From: the human T2T-CHM13v2.0 reference genome, Homo sapiens
Direction: 5' to 3' (one strand)
NCBI RefSeq assembly: GCF_009914755.1
Contig: NC_060935.1
DNA: 64,000 nt
The notes beneath the pieces are model-generated. The model saw only the letters and a program-made list of their open reading frames with translations. It was not told the origin of the DNA and ran no database searches. A program made the position numbers and the translations under genes. Shown here piece by piece: positions 1 through 27,920 of this stretch (positions within the stretch are counted from its first letter, which is position 1; each line of letters starts with the position of its first letter).

Positions 1-893
1 ATTGCACTCATTTTATTCCAAACCTATCCCCTAGACAAGGTAATTCTTCCATTAACCTTTTGGGGGTTATGGATCCACTCCCCAGAAAAATGCACATACA
101 GGCACAGAAATTATGTGCACTGTCATTAGAATGTTCAGGGCCCAAAGATTTCTAGCCAGGGTTCTTGCTGGTCATCCGAGCACCCTCTTCCTCCCACCCA
201 AAAGGAAAAAACCATTTTACCAAGAGCTTACTATTTGTGAGGCTGGGTACTAAGAAATCAGTTCTCTCTAAGGTCCTCAAGGATAGCTGTCATCACCTCC
301 CATTTAAGAGGCGTGATTATGTAGTCCAAGGTCATGTAGCCAGCAAGAAGTCAGGCCGCGTTAGAACCATGTCCGAAGGGCTCCAAACCCTTGTTCTACA
401 TCCATAGTCTACAGCGACTACTTCAGAGTCCACCTTCCTCCGATAATGTTCTAGTCGTTTTCAAATACATTGTCGCATATGATCCTCACAATCCAGTGAG
501 GCAGTGGGGTGACGGCGAAACCAAAACCCACAGTGGATGAGTATCTTTTCTACGGGCACGTGGCCTGCAAGGAGCAGAGGGAGGATGAGAACCCAGATCT
601 TTCGAATGCCAGCCCAGTCATGTCGCCGGCTAACTAGTCTCCCGTACCCTTGCGTCGCCCAAATCTTCCCTGCTTTACACCTTTTCTTTTCTCCACGCTA
701 CGCTTATATACCTGGCACCTGAGCACTACCGGTCACCAGGGACAGGAGAGCCATAACTTTGTCTTTCGTGAGGGGAATGGGATGCAGCCGGGATCGAGCA
801 CCAGTGAGCCGCCAGTGTACAGACCTCCGAGCGTGCCCAGGACCACCAAGGAAGGTGAAACTTCCTTTCCCTTCACCCTCCCCGTCCCCGCAC

Positions 894-977
894 CTGTGCA
901 GTAAACTGCGCCTTCTGCTGCTCGGCGGCCACCAGGCGCTGCAACTCCGCTTCATCGGCTTCGCCCAGCTCCGCCAT
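894..977 (-). CDS. TIMM8B: TIMM8B coding exon 1 (small Tim chaperone of the mitochondrial intermembrane space); downstream exon lies left of the window
   Basis: ATG at 977(-) gives MAELGEADEAELQRLVAAEQQKAQFTAQ (28 codons), the Tim8b N-terminus, ending at a CAG|GTGCGG donor (894/893). An in-frame upstream ATG at 1022 would add MRKHSCRKVASLRRT. Confidence 0.96.
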
Positions 978-1015
978 TGTTCGCCTCAGGCTCGCCACCT
1001 TCCGACAGCTGTGTT

Positions 1016-1027
1016 TGCGCATGCGCG
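1016..1027. promoter_or_regulatory. NRF1 binding motif
   Basis: TGCGCATGCGCG matches the NRF1 consensus YGCGCAYGCGCR, between two nuclear-encoded mitochondrial genes. Confidence 0.8.
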
Positions 1028-1048
1028 ACGGGTGTGCACCGCCTCTCG

Positions 1049-1078
1049 ACTTCCGGTTCACCCAGCATTTCCTCTTCC
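1049..1078 (-). promoter_or_regulatory. ETS/GABPA motif cluster
   Basis: ACTTCCGG (CCGGAAGT on minus) at 1049-1056, further TTCC cores at 1069-1072 and 1075-1078; another TTCCGG at 1123-1128. Confidence 0.8.
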
Positions 1079-1161
1079 CTGTTTTCTTTCGTCGTCGTGG
1101 GTGGGAATTGTCGCCTAAGTGGTTCCGGGTTGGTGGATGACCTTGAGCCCTCAGGAACGAG

Positions 1162-1213
1162 ATGGCGGTTCTCTGGAGGCTGAGTGCCGTTTGCGGTGCC
1201 CTAGGAGGCCGAG
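1162..1213 (+). CDS. SDHD: SDHD exon 1 (succinate dehydrogenase cytochrome b small subunit, transit peptide)
   Basis: ATGGCGGTTCTCTGG... = MAVLWRLSAVCGALGGR; donor GAG|GTGAGG; 52 nt. Confidence 0.98.
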
Positions 1214-2025
1214 GTGAGGGGTCTTCCCACCCTGAGGTGCTTAGCGTAGCCTCCAGCCAGGGAAGGGGATGGAAGTGAGGACTCATCTGCCGGGTGGGAG
1301 ATCTCTTGAGGAGAAGAAAATACCGAAATCACAGCAATGACCACTGTAGTCTAGGGGTCCAGATGTTTACCCGAAGGTATATTTCACTTGCTGTGAGCTG
1401 ACGAGTTGAGGGAATAATCAGAAAGAGAGCTCCCTCTGGAAGTCGCAGTCCTGATGAGGCTAATCCACATAGCAGTTCTGTTTTCTCCCCGTTCACTGTC
1501 CCTAGAATGCTCCCCACTCGCTCCCACCCTGAGTCGGGAAAGAGGGTTAGGAGCTTGCCCATTTCTTCTGGAGTTGGTGTGTTTGGATGTGGGAGTGGAG
1601 GGGGGATCAGTTCGAAAATCATTTAACCTGGGCATTTGTGTTACCTCAGGTACTGTAGTAATGCTAGGATACAAATGTGAAGAAAACGTAGTTCCCGCCC
1701 TCAACGAGCTTTCATTCTGATGAGGAAAACACTGTCATAGTAGTCCGGGCAAGATGAGGTCCTGAACTAGGAAAGTAGCACAAAGAAAAGAAGATTGTCT
1801 CAAGAACTGTTAAAGAGATACGCCAATAGGATTTGGCGATTGAATTTAGGGGAAAAGTCTCTCATGATTTCCAGATTACTGAGTTAGGTTAAAGAATGCC
1901 TGAGGTGTCATTAAATAAAGTAGGGAACATGCAGATGTTCCCTGGTCTTAACTTCACAGTAACCCCAGTGAAATAGATGCTATCTTCATTTTACAAATAA
2001 GATGTTATCCCCTATTTATTGTTAA

Positions 2026-2262
<237 letters not shown>

Positions 2263-2318
2263 TAGCCATCTTTACCTTCACTAATGGTCATGCCTTTAGC
2301 AGGACTTCCTACCTGTAG

Positions 2319-2768
<450 letters not shown>

Positions 2769-2939
2769 CCACTAACTTACATTCATAAGGTGTCTGTTCA
2801 CTTCACTGAACCAAGACTGGCTTAATTCTGTAGCAATACAGCAATTCTGTTTTTTATCCATCTTCTTGGATCTGTCTTCTAATCAATATGTAGGCATTGA
2901 GATACCCTTGTGCTAAAAGACTTCAAAAAACAGAGATAA

Positions 2940-3272
<333 letters not shown>

Positions 3273-3429
3273 TAGCAATTCCAAATATAGTTGTCTGCTC
3301 AGTTTGTTTGCTGTGAGCTTGTCTTATGTATTATATATGAGGGAGAAGTTGATTGAAATGCCCTAAATTTGTTGAAAACTTTAAAATATATATAAAATAT
3401 GTATATGCCTAGATTTATATATCTGCCTG

Positions 3430-4337
3430 CCTATTCAATGTCTTTCAATTCGATTTCCGTATCTAATAGCATTTTGAATGTAGCCTGTCAAACTGAATTT
3501 CTGATCTCCCCTAATCTGTTCCTCCTGCACTCTTGCCCCATCTGAATTAATGGCATTTCCAGTTTTCTCTTTGTTCAAGTCTAAACCTGGTAAGCTCCAA
3601 ACTTGGTCATTATCCTTGACTCTAGTAGTAGTCTCCTAACTGGTTCCCATTTGTGTTCATTCCCAACACAGCATACCCAGTGATCCTGTTAAAATGTTAA
3701 TTAGAATAAGACATTCCCCTTCTCAAAACCCTATTTTGTCTCTTCATGTTACTCAAAGTCAGAATTCTTAGGGTTGTCTGTAGACTCTACATGATTGAAC
3801 CACCCTGTTTCTTCCCTCATTTTTAGCTGCTCTCTCTCTCATTCACACTGCCTTCCTTGAGATTCCTTGAACATGCCAGGGACATTCCAGGTCTCAGGGC
3901 TTCTCTTAACTGCTTCTGCCTGAAACTCTTTTTCTAGCTATACACTTGGCTTGTTCCTTCATCTCCTTCAGGTCTTGAATGCCATTCTCTCAACAAAGCC
4001 TTCCCTAACCACTTATTCAAAATTGCAGTTTCTGTCCTGCCATTCCTTATCTCTCTTGCTTGTTTTATTTTTCTCAATAGTACTTACTGCCTTCTAATAT
4101 ACTACATCATCTGTTCATTATTTTATATAGTAATTGCTTCCTTGCATTTTATCACCCAAATGTATATCCCTAAATAGTATAGTTTATTCTTGCCTCTTAA
4201 AAAAAAAAAAGAGATGTATGTGGGTGGATTATTTTGTTATTTTTACTGTATTTGTTTGCTGTTGTGCCTCTAGAGCCTAGAACTACTCTCTGGTACGTGA
4301 CATATAGCACTCAGTAAATACTTGCTGAATGAATGAG
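3430..4337 (+). mobile_element. L2 3' fragment
   Basis: Ends in the L2 tail GCACTCAGTAAATACTTGCTGAATGAATGA. Confidence 0.65.
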
Positions 4338-4349
4338 CATCCAGCGCCT

Positions 4350-4667
4350 GTTTGTTTGTTTGTTTGTTTGTTTATTTTTTGAGACAGAGTCTCGCTCTGT
4401 TGCCCAGGCTGGAGTGCAATGGTGTGATCTCAGCTCACCACAACCTCCGCCTCCCAGGTACAAGCGATTCTCCCTGCCTCAGCCTCCCAAGTAGCTGGGA
4501 TTACAGGCGTGCACCACCACATCCGGCTAATTTTTTTGTATTTTTAGTAGAGACGGGGTTTCGCCATTTTGGCCAGGCTGGTCTGGAACTCCTGACCTCA
4601 GGTGATCTGCCCGCTTCAGCCTCCTAAAGTGCTGGGATTACAGGCGTGAGCCACCATGTCCGGCCCA
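4350..4667 (-). mobile_element. AluS in SDHD intron 3
   Basis: Antisense Alu with a (TTTG)n tail. Confidence 0.92.
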
Positions 4668-4911
4668 GCTTTTGTTTATTTTATCTGGTATAGTTTGTAT
4701 GACTTTCTACGTAATGAACCTTCTAAAATGAGGGTAAATGACAGGTTGGGTTCCTTGAGTTGTTCTTTTTAAGTTTTGCAAGGGACAATATGTTGTCATT
4801 GTGGGGGGTAGGGAGCCACTTTCGGATTGTTGAAACTGGAAGTACTTTGGAGAGTATCTTAACCAACTCTTTTATTTTACAGATTTGGAAACTAAGACCC
4901 AGGGAGGTTAA

Positions 4912-5287
<376 letters not shown>

Positions 5288-6043
5288 TAGGAGAATGAGT
5301 TGTTGTTGTTGATGTTGTTTTTTAACCACACAGACCTTTCCAAATAAAAGATTCCAGTTGCATATGAAATATTAGATCACAAGTACAGTAAGTAATATTT
5401 CTCTAACATGTCATCCCTCTTGAAGGAGCTGTCTATAATGTGCTCCACTTCCTCAACACTGAGTCTCTTTTAGCCTGTATTAATTGGGGTCTTATCCCAA
5501 CTATATAACTTAGGTTATTCTTACCAAGGGCACTGAAGGCCTTCATCTTTCCAAATCCGGTTGTCTATTTTCTGCCCTCCACTTGCTTGAAGTCTCAGCC
5601 GCCTTCAACTCAATTAACAATTCTCCCCATAAGTCACTTTTCTTTGGCTTTCCAGATGCATAGAAGTCTCCTCTGCCAGATCCTTCTCCTCTTGTCTGAC
5701 CTCGAGATGACAAAATCTCCAGGGCTGAGTCATGGCCTTCTTAATTTCTCCATCTGTACCCTTTTTTAGGTGAGCTCAGATCTGACCTGTTTTTCTGAGC
5801 TGCAGACTTGTTTATCTAATTGTCTAATTGACATCCACTTGGATGTCTGATAGTTATCCCAGATCTAACATTGGCCAAATCGCTCTTTTTTCCCCCCAAA
5901 TCTCCCTTGATTTCTCCTTTAAAACCCCCTTCTCAAAGCTATGCTCAAACTAAAATTCTTAGGAGTCATTCTAGATATTTCTTTTTGTTCTTACCCCACT
6001 TATTCCATCAGTTCTGTTCTTTCTTTAAAAAATAGTCTGAATC

Positions 6044-6522
<479 letters not shown>

Positions 6523-7282
6523 GGAAAATGGACATTATTAGAAAAAAAAATAGTCTGAATTGTCACTTTGCACCCTGTCACCAGCCTAGGTTAAGACAAC
6601 AGTCTCACGTAGGCTACTTCGGTTGCCTTCTAACTAGTTTCCTCTTCAGTTGTTGCTCTGTCCCCCACCCACTCTGTTCATTCATCACACTACAGCCATA
6701 GTGACCTTTTTAAAACGTAAAATTATATTCCTCCAAAGTAGATATACAAATGGCCAATAAGCACATCAGAAATTGCTCAGCATCATTTGTCATTAGAGAA
6801 ATGCAAATCAACACCACAATGAGATGCCACCTCACACCCCATTAGGATGGCTGTAATAAAAGATGGGCAGTTTTAAGTGTTGCTGAGGACTTGGAGAAAT
6901 TGGAACCCTCGTGGTTCTGCTGGGAATATAAAACGTTTCAATCACTTTGGAAAACATTCTGGCAGTTACAACAAAAAGTTAACCTTAGAGTTACCATCTG
7001 ACTCGGCGATCTACTTTTAGGTGTATACCCAAGAGAACTGAAAACGTGTCCACGCAAAAAACTTGTACAGGAATGATCATAGCAGCATTATTTATAATAG
7101 CCAAAGAGTGGAAACAATCCAAATGGCTGTCAGTGGATGAATAGCTAAACAAAATATGGTGTATTCATACAATAGAATATTATTCAGCCATACAAAGGAA
7201 TGATGTATTGATAAATGCTATGACATGGATGAACATTGAAAACATTATGCTAAGTTGACACAAAGGCCATATATTGTATGGC

Positions 7283-7617
7283 TTTTTTTTTTTTTTTTTT
7301 TTTTTTGAGACAGAGTTTTGCTCTTGTCGCTCAGGCTGGAGTGCAATGGTGCGATCTTGGCTCGGCACGATCTCGGCTCAGCACGATCTCGGCTTACTGC
7401 AACCTCCGCCTTTCGGGTTCAAGCGATTCTCCTGCCTCAGCCTCCCAAGTAGCTGGCATTACAGGCATGTGCCACCACGCCTGGCTAATTTTGTATTTTT
7501 TGTAGAGATGGGGTTTCTCCTTGTTGGTCAGGCTGGTCTTGAACTCCCAACATCAGGTGATCCGCCCACTTCACCCACCCAAAGTGCTGGGATTACAGGT
7601 GTGAGCCACCACGCCCA
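7283..7617 (-). mobile_element. AluS in SDHD intron 3
   Basis: Antisense Alu with a triplicated ~16-bp unit at ~7349-7396. Confidence 0.92.
7335..7452 (+). CDS. SDHD: Candidate Alu-derived alternative SDHD exon (coding part)
   Basis: Antisense Alu with poly-T upstream and a CAG| acceptor at 7334; in frame with exon 3 it reads (W)[38 protein letters not shown], giving 143 aa. Confidence 0.55.
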
Positions 7618-8289
7618 GTGGTGTATGGGTTCTTTTATATGAAATGTCTAGAACAGGCAAAGCCATAGAGACAGAAAGTAAATTTGTAGTTGGGTAGTGG
7701 GCTAAGAGGTAGAGGGTTTCTTTTTGGGGTAATGAGAATGTTCTGGAATTAAATGATGATTGCACAACTCAATATACTAAAAACCAGTGGATTATATACT
7801 AAAAAGCGTGAATTTTTTCTGGCGTTTGACTTACATTGCAATAAAACTGTTATAAAAATAGTAAAATTAGGTCACTCCTAATCTCAGGCACTCCCTGCTT
7901 AAAATGTATCAGTGGTTTCCTATTATATTTCATATAAAATTCAGATTCCTTATCATGACCTTCAAGACCCTATGCAACCGACCCCTGCCTTCCTCTGATC
8001 TCTGCTTCACCCATGTGCTCCAGCCACACAAATCTTACTATTCATTAGAGATGCCACTTTGGTTTGGATGTTCTCATTCATGTCTTCCTTTCTAAAGTGT
8101 TTCTTCTCAGTACATATATATTTACTTTTTCCTTCTCATTCACTAGTATATTCCATAAGGGTAGGGATGCTGTCTCACTTACTATACTCCCAACATTTAT
8201 GACAGATTCTGGCACATGATATCTACTTAATAAATTCTTTTTGAATTAATTAAAAATACTGTAGAGTTTTAGTTATTTTTAGTTATTGG

Positions 8290-8852
<563 letters not shown>

Positions 8853-9033
8853 AAAAGTCACTAGAAATAGACTTACTGACATACACACGCAAAAGGCTAT
8901 ACAGAATCCCCTAAAGAAGCAAACAGTGACAGTGGAGTGGCAAATGGAGACATTGCATTTGAACTTGACAGATTGTTTTTTTGCAGCCAAGTTATCTGTA
9001 TAGTCTTCTAATTTCACTGTGGTTTTTTATTGA

Positions 9034-9225
<192 letters not shown>

Positions 9226-10050
9226 CCTTTTTGACTTCATACTTTGAAGAATTGATGTATGCCTCTTTGCCTCTGCTTTGTCATGCCATTAAGCTCACAA
9301 TAAGGAAGAAATAACAGATAAGTCCATTGGTGGACAGCCTTCTTCTCTTAATCACAAGATTATTTTCAGAATTTAATCTTTGAGGAAAAGGTTTGAGAGG
9401 AATTATATCTAAGTTGTGAGACTGAGTTCTATATTCTGGTGAGTTAATGGGGTTGCCTCCCAGCTTCTTATAAGACTCACAGTATAACTAAACATGATAT
9501 ATCAGCTTTTGCCTTTCAATTTATCAATCTCTTAAAGAGAATCCAACTTTATTACGATTAGTATATGATCAAACTTCCATATTTGCCTTGGGAATAATGG
9601 ACAAAGGGAAATACTCTTAATTCATGAATAAAAACTTTGCAGAAAATTAGACAGTGTTTAATTTTCGAAAACTTCCCTCTCTAGACAGTAGATACCACCT
9701 ACTGATGGTTACATATACTAGGGAAATTTTAAAATTAGGAAATGCTGATAGCTCATATTATAAATTTCTAAATCCTAGGAAGAAACGCTTGGAGTGCTTC
9801 TGAATATACAGAAGTTCCATTTAAGGGCAAGTTTCCCCGTAGATGTATCAAAATACTACCAACTGTAAATTGAGATTTAATTCCCAAATGTATTCTACTT
9901 GTTCTAAAACAATCTGTCCACAAATATAAAACTATAAGTAATAAATTGTTATTTTCGCACAATGGGAATCTCTAATGTGAAAATGTATTCTATGAAAATA
10001 ATTTTTTTAAATAAAATGTTATATAATAAAAGTGTCTTCTATGCTTTTAT
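9226..10050 (+). terminator. SDHD: SDHD 3' UTR with poly(A) signals
   Basis: AATAAA at 9627, 9940, 10010 and 10025; the distal pair is followed by T-rich sequence. End position approximate. Confidence 0.75.
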
Positions 10051-10110
10051 ATATTAGCTATCAGTAGTTTTATTCATTAGAATTAGGTGTCCATTGCATC
10101 CACAGCATGA

Positions 10111-10420
<310 letters not shown>

Positions 10421-11435
10421 AAAATTGAGTGTTTAAATTTTCTTCTGGGGCTTAGCAGTTAGGTAAATCAGACACAAAGTACTGGAAAACAAAAAGGACT
10501 TGTAATAGGCAGAAAAATACCAAGTGTATAAGTAATTTGGTATAAACAGAGTATAAGGTTTAGTATTTAGGAATAAGAACTATGTCCAGATTATGGTGTT
10601 CTGTGAATACCAGCCTTTGGAATTCATATTATGTTCTATGTGTATTTAGTCTGGTCTAAGAGTTGAGTGTAAGGCATGATGCTGTCTTCTATCAATATAG
10701 AGTAACTGGGACTAAGCACATTTTACTCACCAAGGACCTTACTGGGAAGCTGAGGCAAAGGAAGAGTATGTGTTTATGAATGTGTACTAGGGGTTAAAGA
10801 CATGCTCTCCTTGATGTGCCTGTGGTCTTGTAGAGACTCAAGTGTGCATTAGGGTTTAGGAAGAGGTGATTAATTCTGTTTTGGGGTGGGTAAAAGGTTT
10901 CAAAAGAGGGTGATGCCTGAATAGCAGTGGCACACCAACAGATAGTGGTGGTGGGACCAGTCCACCCTGGTGGGAGAGAATATATAAACAATATTCTGAC
11001 ATTGTTTAGAATTGCTGATGCTTGATGATGATAAAAAACAAATGGACTAAAAGTCAATTTTATTGTTTTAAAATTCTCTATAGACGATCCCCTCCCCACC
11101 TTGTAGTGTCATTCCTTCCCTTCCCTAGCTCTCAGTATACTGCTGCTGTAGAGTGGAGTGATGAAATGGAGTCTTCCATAAAGTCAAAATGGGGATGGCA
11201 GTGACTCTGGATAATATGGGAATCCATAGCTATCTCTAGTACCATCAGATCCTAGATATACAAGGCTGTCTAGTGCTAATAAGCTTCATTAGATGGTGAA
11301 CGAAGTTGGAGTGGAGGCTGGTTGGGCACTGCCTGCCCCATGTCCCTGCTGGTTTGGTCATTAGGATGGAGCTGAGCTGTCTTTGGGAAGTCAGTAGGTT
11401 GCTGTGAGCTGCTGGAAAATGAGGCAAGATTCCGG

Positions 11436-11751
11436 AAGGGTGCTGTGGCTCATGCCTGTAATCCCAGCACTTTGGGAGGCTGAGGCAGTAGGATTGCTTG
11501 AGGCCAGGAGTTTAAAACCAGCGTGGGCAACATAGCAAGACCCTGTCTCTACAAAAATACAATAAAACAAAAAAAAGATTAGCCGGGCATCACTAGCAGT
11601 GGCATGTGCCTGTAGTTCTAGCTACTTGGGAGGCCGAGGTGGGAGAATTGTTTGAGCCCAGGAGTTTGAGGTTACAATGAGCTATGATCATACCACCGCA
11701 CTCCAGCTTAGGTGACAGAGTGAAATCTTGTCTCTTTAAAAAAAAAAAAAA
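11436..11751 (+). mobile_element. AluJ
   Basis: Sense Alu, diverged. Confidence 0.88.
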
Positions 11752-12381
11752 TCCAAGGGCTAACAGCAATAGTAGTTTCTGACGGTAAGCAGGACATGAT
11801 CAGAACTGTGCTTTAGAAATAATTTGGGTACCATTAGGTGGGTTAATAAGCTAGAGGTAGAAGGACATGTGAGGGGATAGAGACAGAATAAAGGGCCTGA
11901 ACTTTGAGAGTAGCAGTGGAAGTAGGAGTCAATCTCAAAAGGTATTGTAGAAGTCAAAAACATTAATTCATTCATTTGATAGATACTAAGTACCTCATGT
12001 AATCAGCACTGTGCCAGGTACTGTGGATAACGATAAAATTTTACCTGCCTTTGAAGGGAATTCATAGTCTAATTGGGGCAACAGAAGAATGACTGCAATA
12101 CGGTGTAGTAAGTGCAGTGATGGTGAAGCACGTCATGCGCTGTGATGTAACAAAGGGTGCAGTAAGGATTTGCCTGCAAGTTTCCTGGAAGAGAAGATTT
12201 GTAACCTGGGTTTTGAAAGATAAGGAGCTGACAGTGGCTGGGGAAGCTGGGATGAGGTGTAGGGTTGACTGGAGGATGGCAGATCAAGCAAAAGATGATA
12301 TGTAGTTTGGTATGACCCAGCACAGGGAGGGACTGATTGTAGAGGACCTTATATGCCACGATAAGTAATTGAAACTTTATC

Positions 12382-12679
12382 TTTTTTTTTTTTTTTTGAG
12401 ACAGAGTCTGACTCTGTGGCCCAGGCTGGAATGTAGTGGCGCGATCTTGGCTCACTGCAACCTCTGCCTCCCATACTCAAGACATCCTCCCACCTCAGCC
12501 TCTTGAGTAGCTGGGACTACAGGCACATGCCACCATCCCTGGCTAATTTTTGTATTTTTTGTAGAGATGGGGTCTTGCTCTGTTGCCCAGGCTGGTCTCA
12601 AACTCCTGGCCTCAAGTGATTCACCCACCTCCGCCTCCCAAAGGGCTGGGATTTCAGGCGTGAGCCACTGTGCCTGGCC
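12382..12679 (-). mobile_element. AluJ
   Basis: Antisense Alu. Confidence 0.88.
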
Positions 12680-13063
12680 TGCGACTTTATCTTGACAGCA
12701 ATATGGAGTTACTGAAGACTTAATTATGCAAACGGCATGATCCAATTTTTATTTTAAATAGGTTTTGCTGACAGCTATGTAAAGAATGGATTTGTGGGAG
12801 GTAAGCATGGAAACAGATTATTTTAGTGACCCAGAAAAGAAATAATGAATTGTGAAGGCAATTGTAGCTAGAATGAAGGAGAGAACAAATTTAAGAAATA
12901 TTTAGAACTTAGAATCAATGAGAGTTATACTAAGATGTGAACGCTTGAGGGAGGAAGGAGCTTTGCTCAATTTTTTGTTGTAAATAGGTGGATGGGAGGT
13001 AGTGTCATTAAAGAAAAATGTTGAAGGAAAATTAGATATGGTACTGGAATCAGTAACTACTGA

Positions 13064-14814
<1,751 letters not shown>

Positions 14815-15449
14815 TCATGCCAGTTTGGAGTCCGAGTTCAAGTTACCTGCATATCTAAAAAGGTTACATGGGGCAAATTTAACTTTGACCTAGGTTTGTA
14901 GGGCATGGTAGTCAGCACAAATCCTCACCAGAGAGAGAAGGGTTACCCCAACACAAGCTTCAAAAATCCCCATAAAGTTCCAGTGAACGTGAACTGTCAG
15001 CAAAAATCACAGTACTGGAATGTCCTGAGCAAGAGTCAGCACAAATAAACAGAACCATACCCACAAAGAATTCAGACCCTGGAATTTTCAGATACACATT
15101 ATAAACATAAGATGAGATATAAGTCTAAATATAAGTCAGCTTTCTGCTCAGGGATCAGAAAGCTTTTGGAGAGAGTGGTATATACTTGATGTTATCGTCT
15201 CAATTCATAGAATCTTAAAAAGTAGATGTCTACTTAGGAGAGTTTTCTCCTCTGGACACCTGATAATGAGTGTCAGGGTCAATTCCCAGTGGGGCTGAAT
15301 GTTCAGTTTCTGAGACCTAAGCACCACTGTGAAGCATGTATCCATGACTATGGGCCTGGAGCTTCAGAACGGTGTCTATGAGATTAAAATACCCAAATGG
15401 TCATTTCCAATGTGGTTCTAACTCTAACTTTCATCAGTGACTGTTTCTA

Positions 15450-17045
<1,596 letters not shown>

Positions 17046-17390
17046 CTCAAATGGTCTTTAATGTTGGTGTTTCTTTGTATATTTGTTCTGGATTATTATA
17101 ATTAAAATGAACAATACATTGATATGATTAATAAATGAATGCATTGATATGATAAATAAAATGAGTAAGCCTCTTAGGTAAGACTTTTTTGACTAGTACT
17201 TTATAAAGTTTGAGCCAGTTTGTCCCTGTCAATTGAGCTATTATTATATTATTATTTTTGCAGCATGAAAATTATTGAGCTGGAGGTAGTTTGGGAGAAA
17301 CCAAGCAGTATGAAACAGTCTTGACAAAACCAATGTCCTTCCTCTTATCCACCCTTCTACCCCCAATGAGGGCAGAGTGTTGTATTTTAA

Positions 17391-21775
<4,385 letters not shown>

Positions 21776-21779
21776 TGAG

Positions 21780-22287
21780 GAGGGGCTCAGGATGCAAGAT
21801 GTATCTAGTACTTTCTTCTTCTACCAGGAAGATCAAAAATAATGAGTAATGTGTCATCTAAGAGAGAACACTGGAATCCAACAGAGAACTTACAGAAAAC
21901 ACCAGTAGCAAGGAAGGAGAAGGAAGCGAGGAAGTCTGCTCAGCTGGGGTCATCTGGGAACCTATAGAGGCTCCCTTAATGCGGAGAAAGGGTAAGTGAA
22001 AGACCCCCAAATGTCCACATTCCCACCATGGTTCCCTGCAATCCTAGCTATAGGAGAGTCCCTTGACCTTTGTGGTCCCTGAGACTAATATAGGGAGCTG
22101 CCCGGAGACCACATAACAGCATTGCTCCACAGAGGGAGCTCATGCTGAGTCCTACAAACTCCAAAGTCCTTAAGCAGTGGCAGTTGCCAACCCCCAGCAG
22201 ACTGAATCCTGCCTTAGGGTCCAACAGCCTCCGCATCTCCACATCCCTGGAGCCCCATTGACATTCCCTATCCACAGCTGCTACCCA
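21780..22287 (+). mobile_element. L1M-type 5' UTR fragment
   Basis: GC-richer segment (GGGAGCTGCCCGGAGACC, CTCCACATCCCTGGAGCCCC) resembling L1M2-type 5' ends; abuts the hAT fragment. Confidence 0.5.
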
Positions 22288-24389
<2,102 letters not shown>

Positions 24390-24579
24390 CTCCTCCCTCA
24401 GCCTCCCAAGTAGCTGGGATTACAGGCACTTGTCACCACACCTGGCTAATTTTTGTATTTTGAGTAGAGACAGGGTTTCACCATGTTGGCCTGGTCTTGA
24501 ACTCTTGACCTCAAGTGATCCACCAACCTTGGCCTCCCAAAGTGCTGGAATTACAGGTGTGAGCTACCGCGCCCGGCCT

Positions 24580-26284
<1,705 letters not shown>

Positions 26285-26434
26285 TAAATAGTTTTATCAT
26301 TTTTCTGAGTGACTCTTTTATTACTAAATTAGGTTATTCCCAATATGACCTTTCTATTAGAAATGGGATTTAAAAGATTATGCTTTCTAACTTATATCAC
26401 TTATATATTGAAGTAAAATTATTTTTTATGGATG

Positions 26435-27771
<1,337 letters not shown>

Positions 27772-27772
27772 T

Positions 27773-27775
<3 letters not shown>

Positions 27776-27852
<77 letters not shown>
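27776..27852 (+). repeat. (TA)n(GA)n compound microsatellite
   Basis: Read directly. Confidence 0.95.
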
Positions 27853-27855
<3 letters not shown>

Positions 27856-27906
27856 AGACCACAAGAGCAGATTTTGATAAACTAGTCCTGAAGTATCTCT
27901 TTCTTT

Positions 27907-27920
27907 CCACTAGGGGGAGC
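27907..27920 (+). promoter_or_regulatory. Candidate CTCF site
   Basis: CCACTAGGGGGAGC versus core consensus CCACYAGGGGGCGC (one mismatch), in non-Alu sequence. Confidence 0.5.

Larger units (their letters stand above)
560..1300. promoter_or_regulatory. CpG island / bidirectional TIMM8B-SDHD promoter
   Basis: GC- and CpG-rich stretch spanning two head-to-head start codons (977- and 1162+); boundaries approximate. Confidence 0.9.
6731..7860 (+). mobile_element. L1M (L1MB-like) 3' region interrupted by an Alu
   Basis: GATATACAAATGGCCAATAAGCAC..GAAATGCAAATCAACACCACAATGAGAT..ATAGCAGCATTATTTATAATAGCC. Confidence 0.8.
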
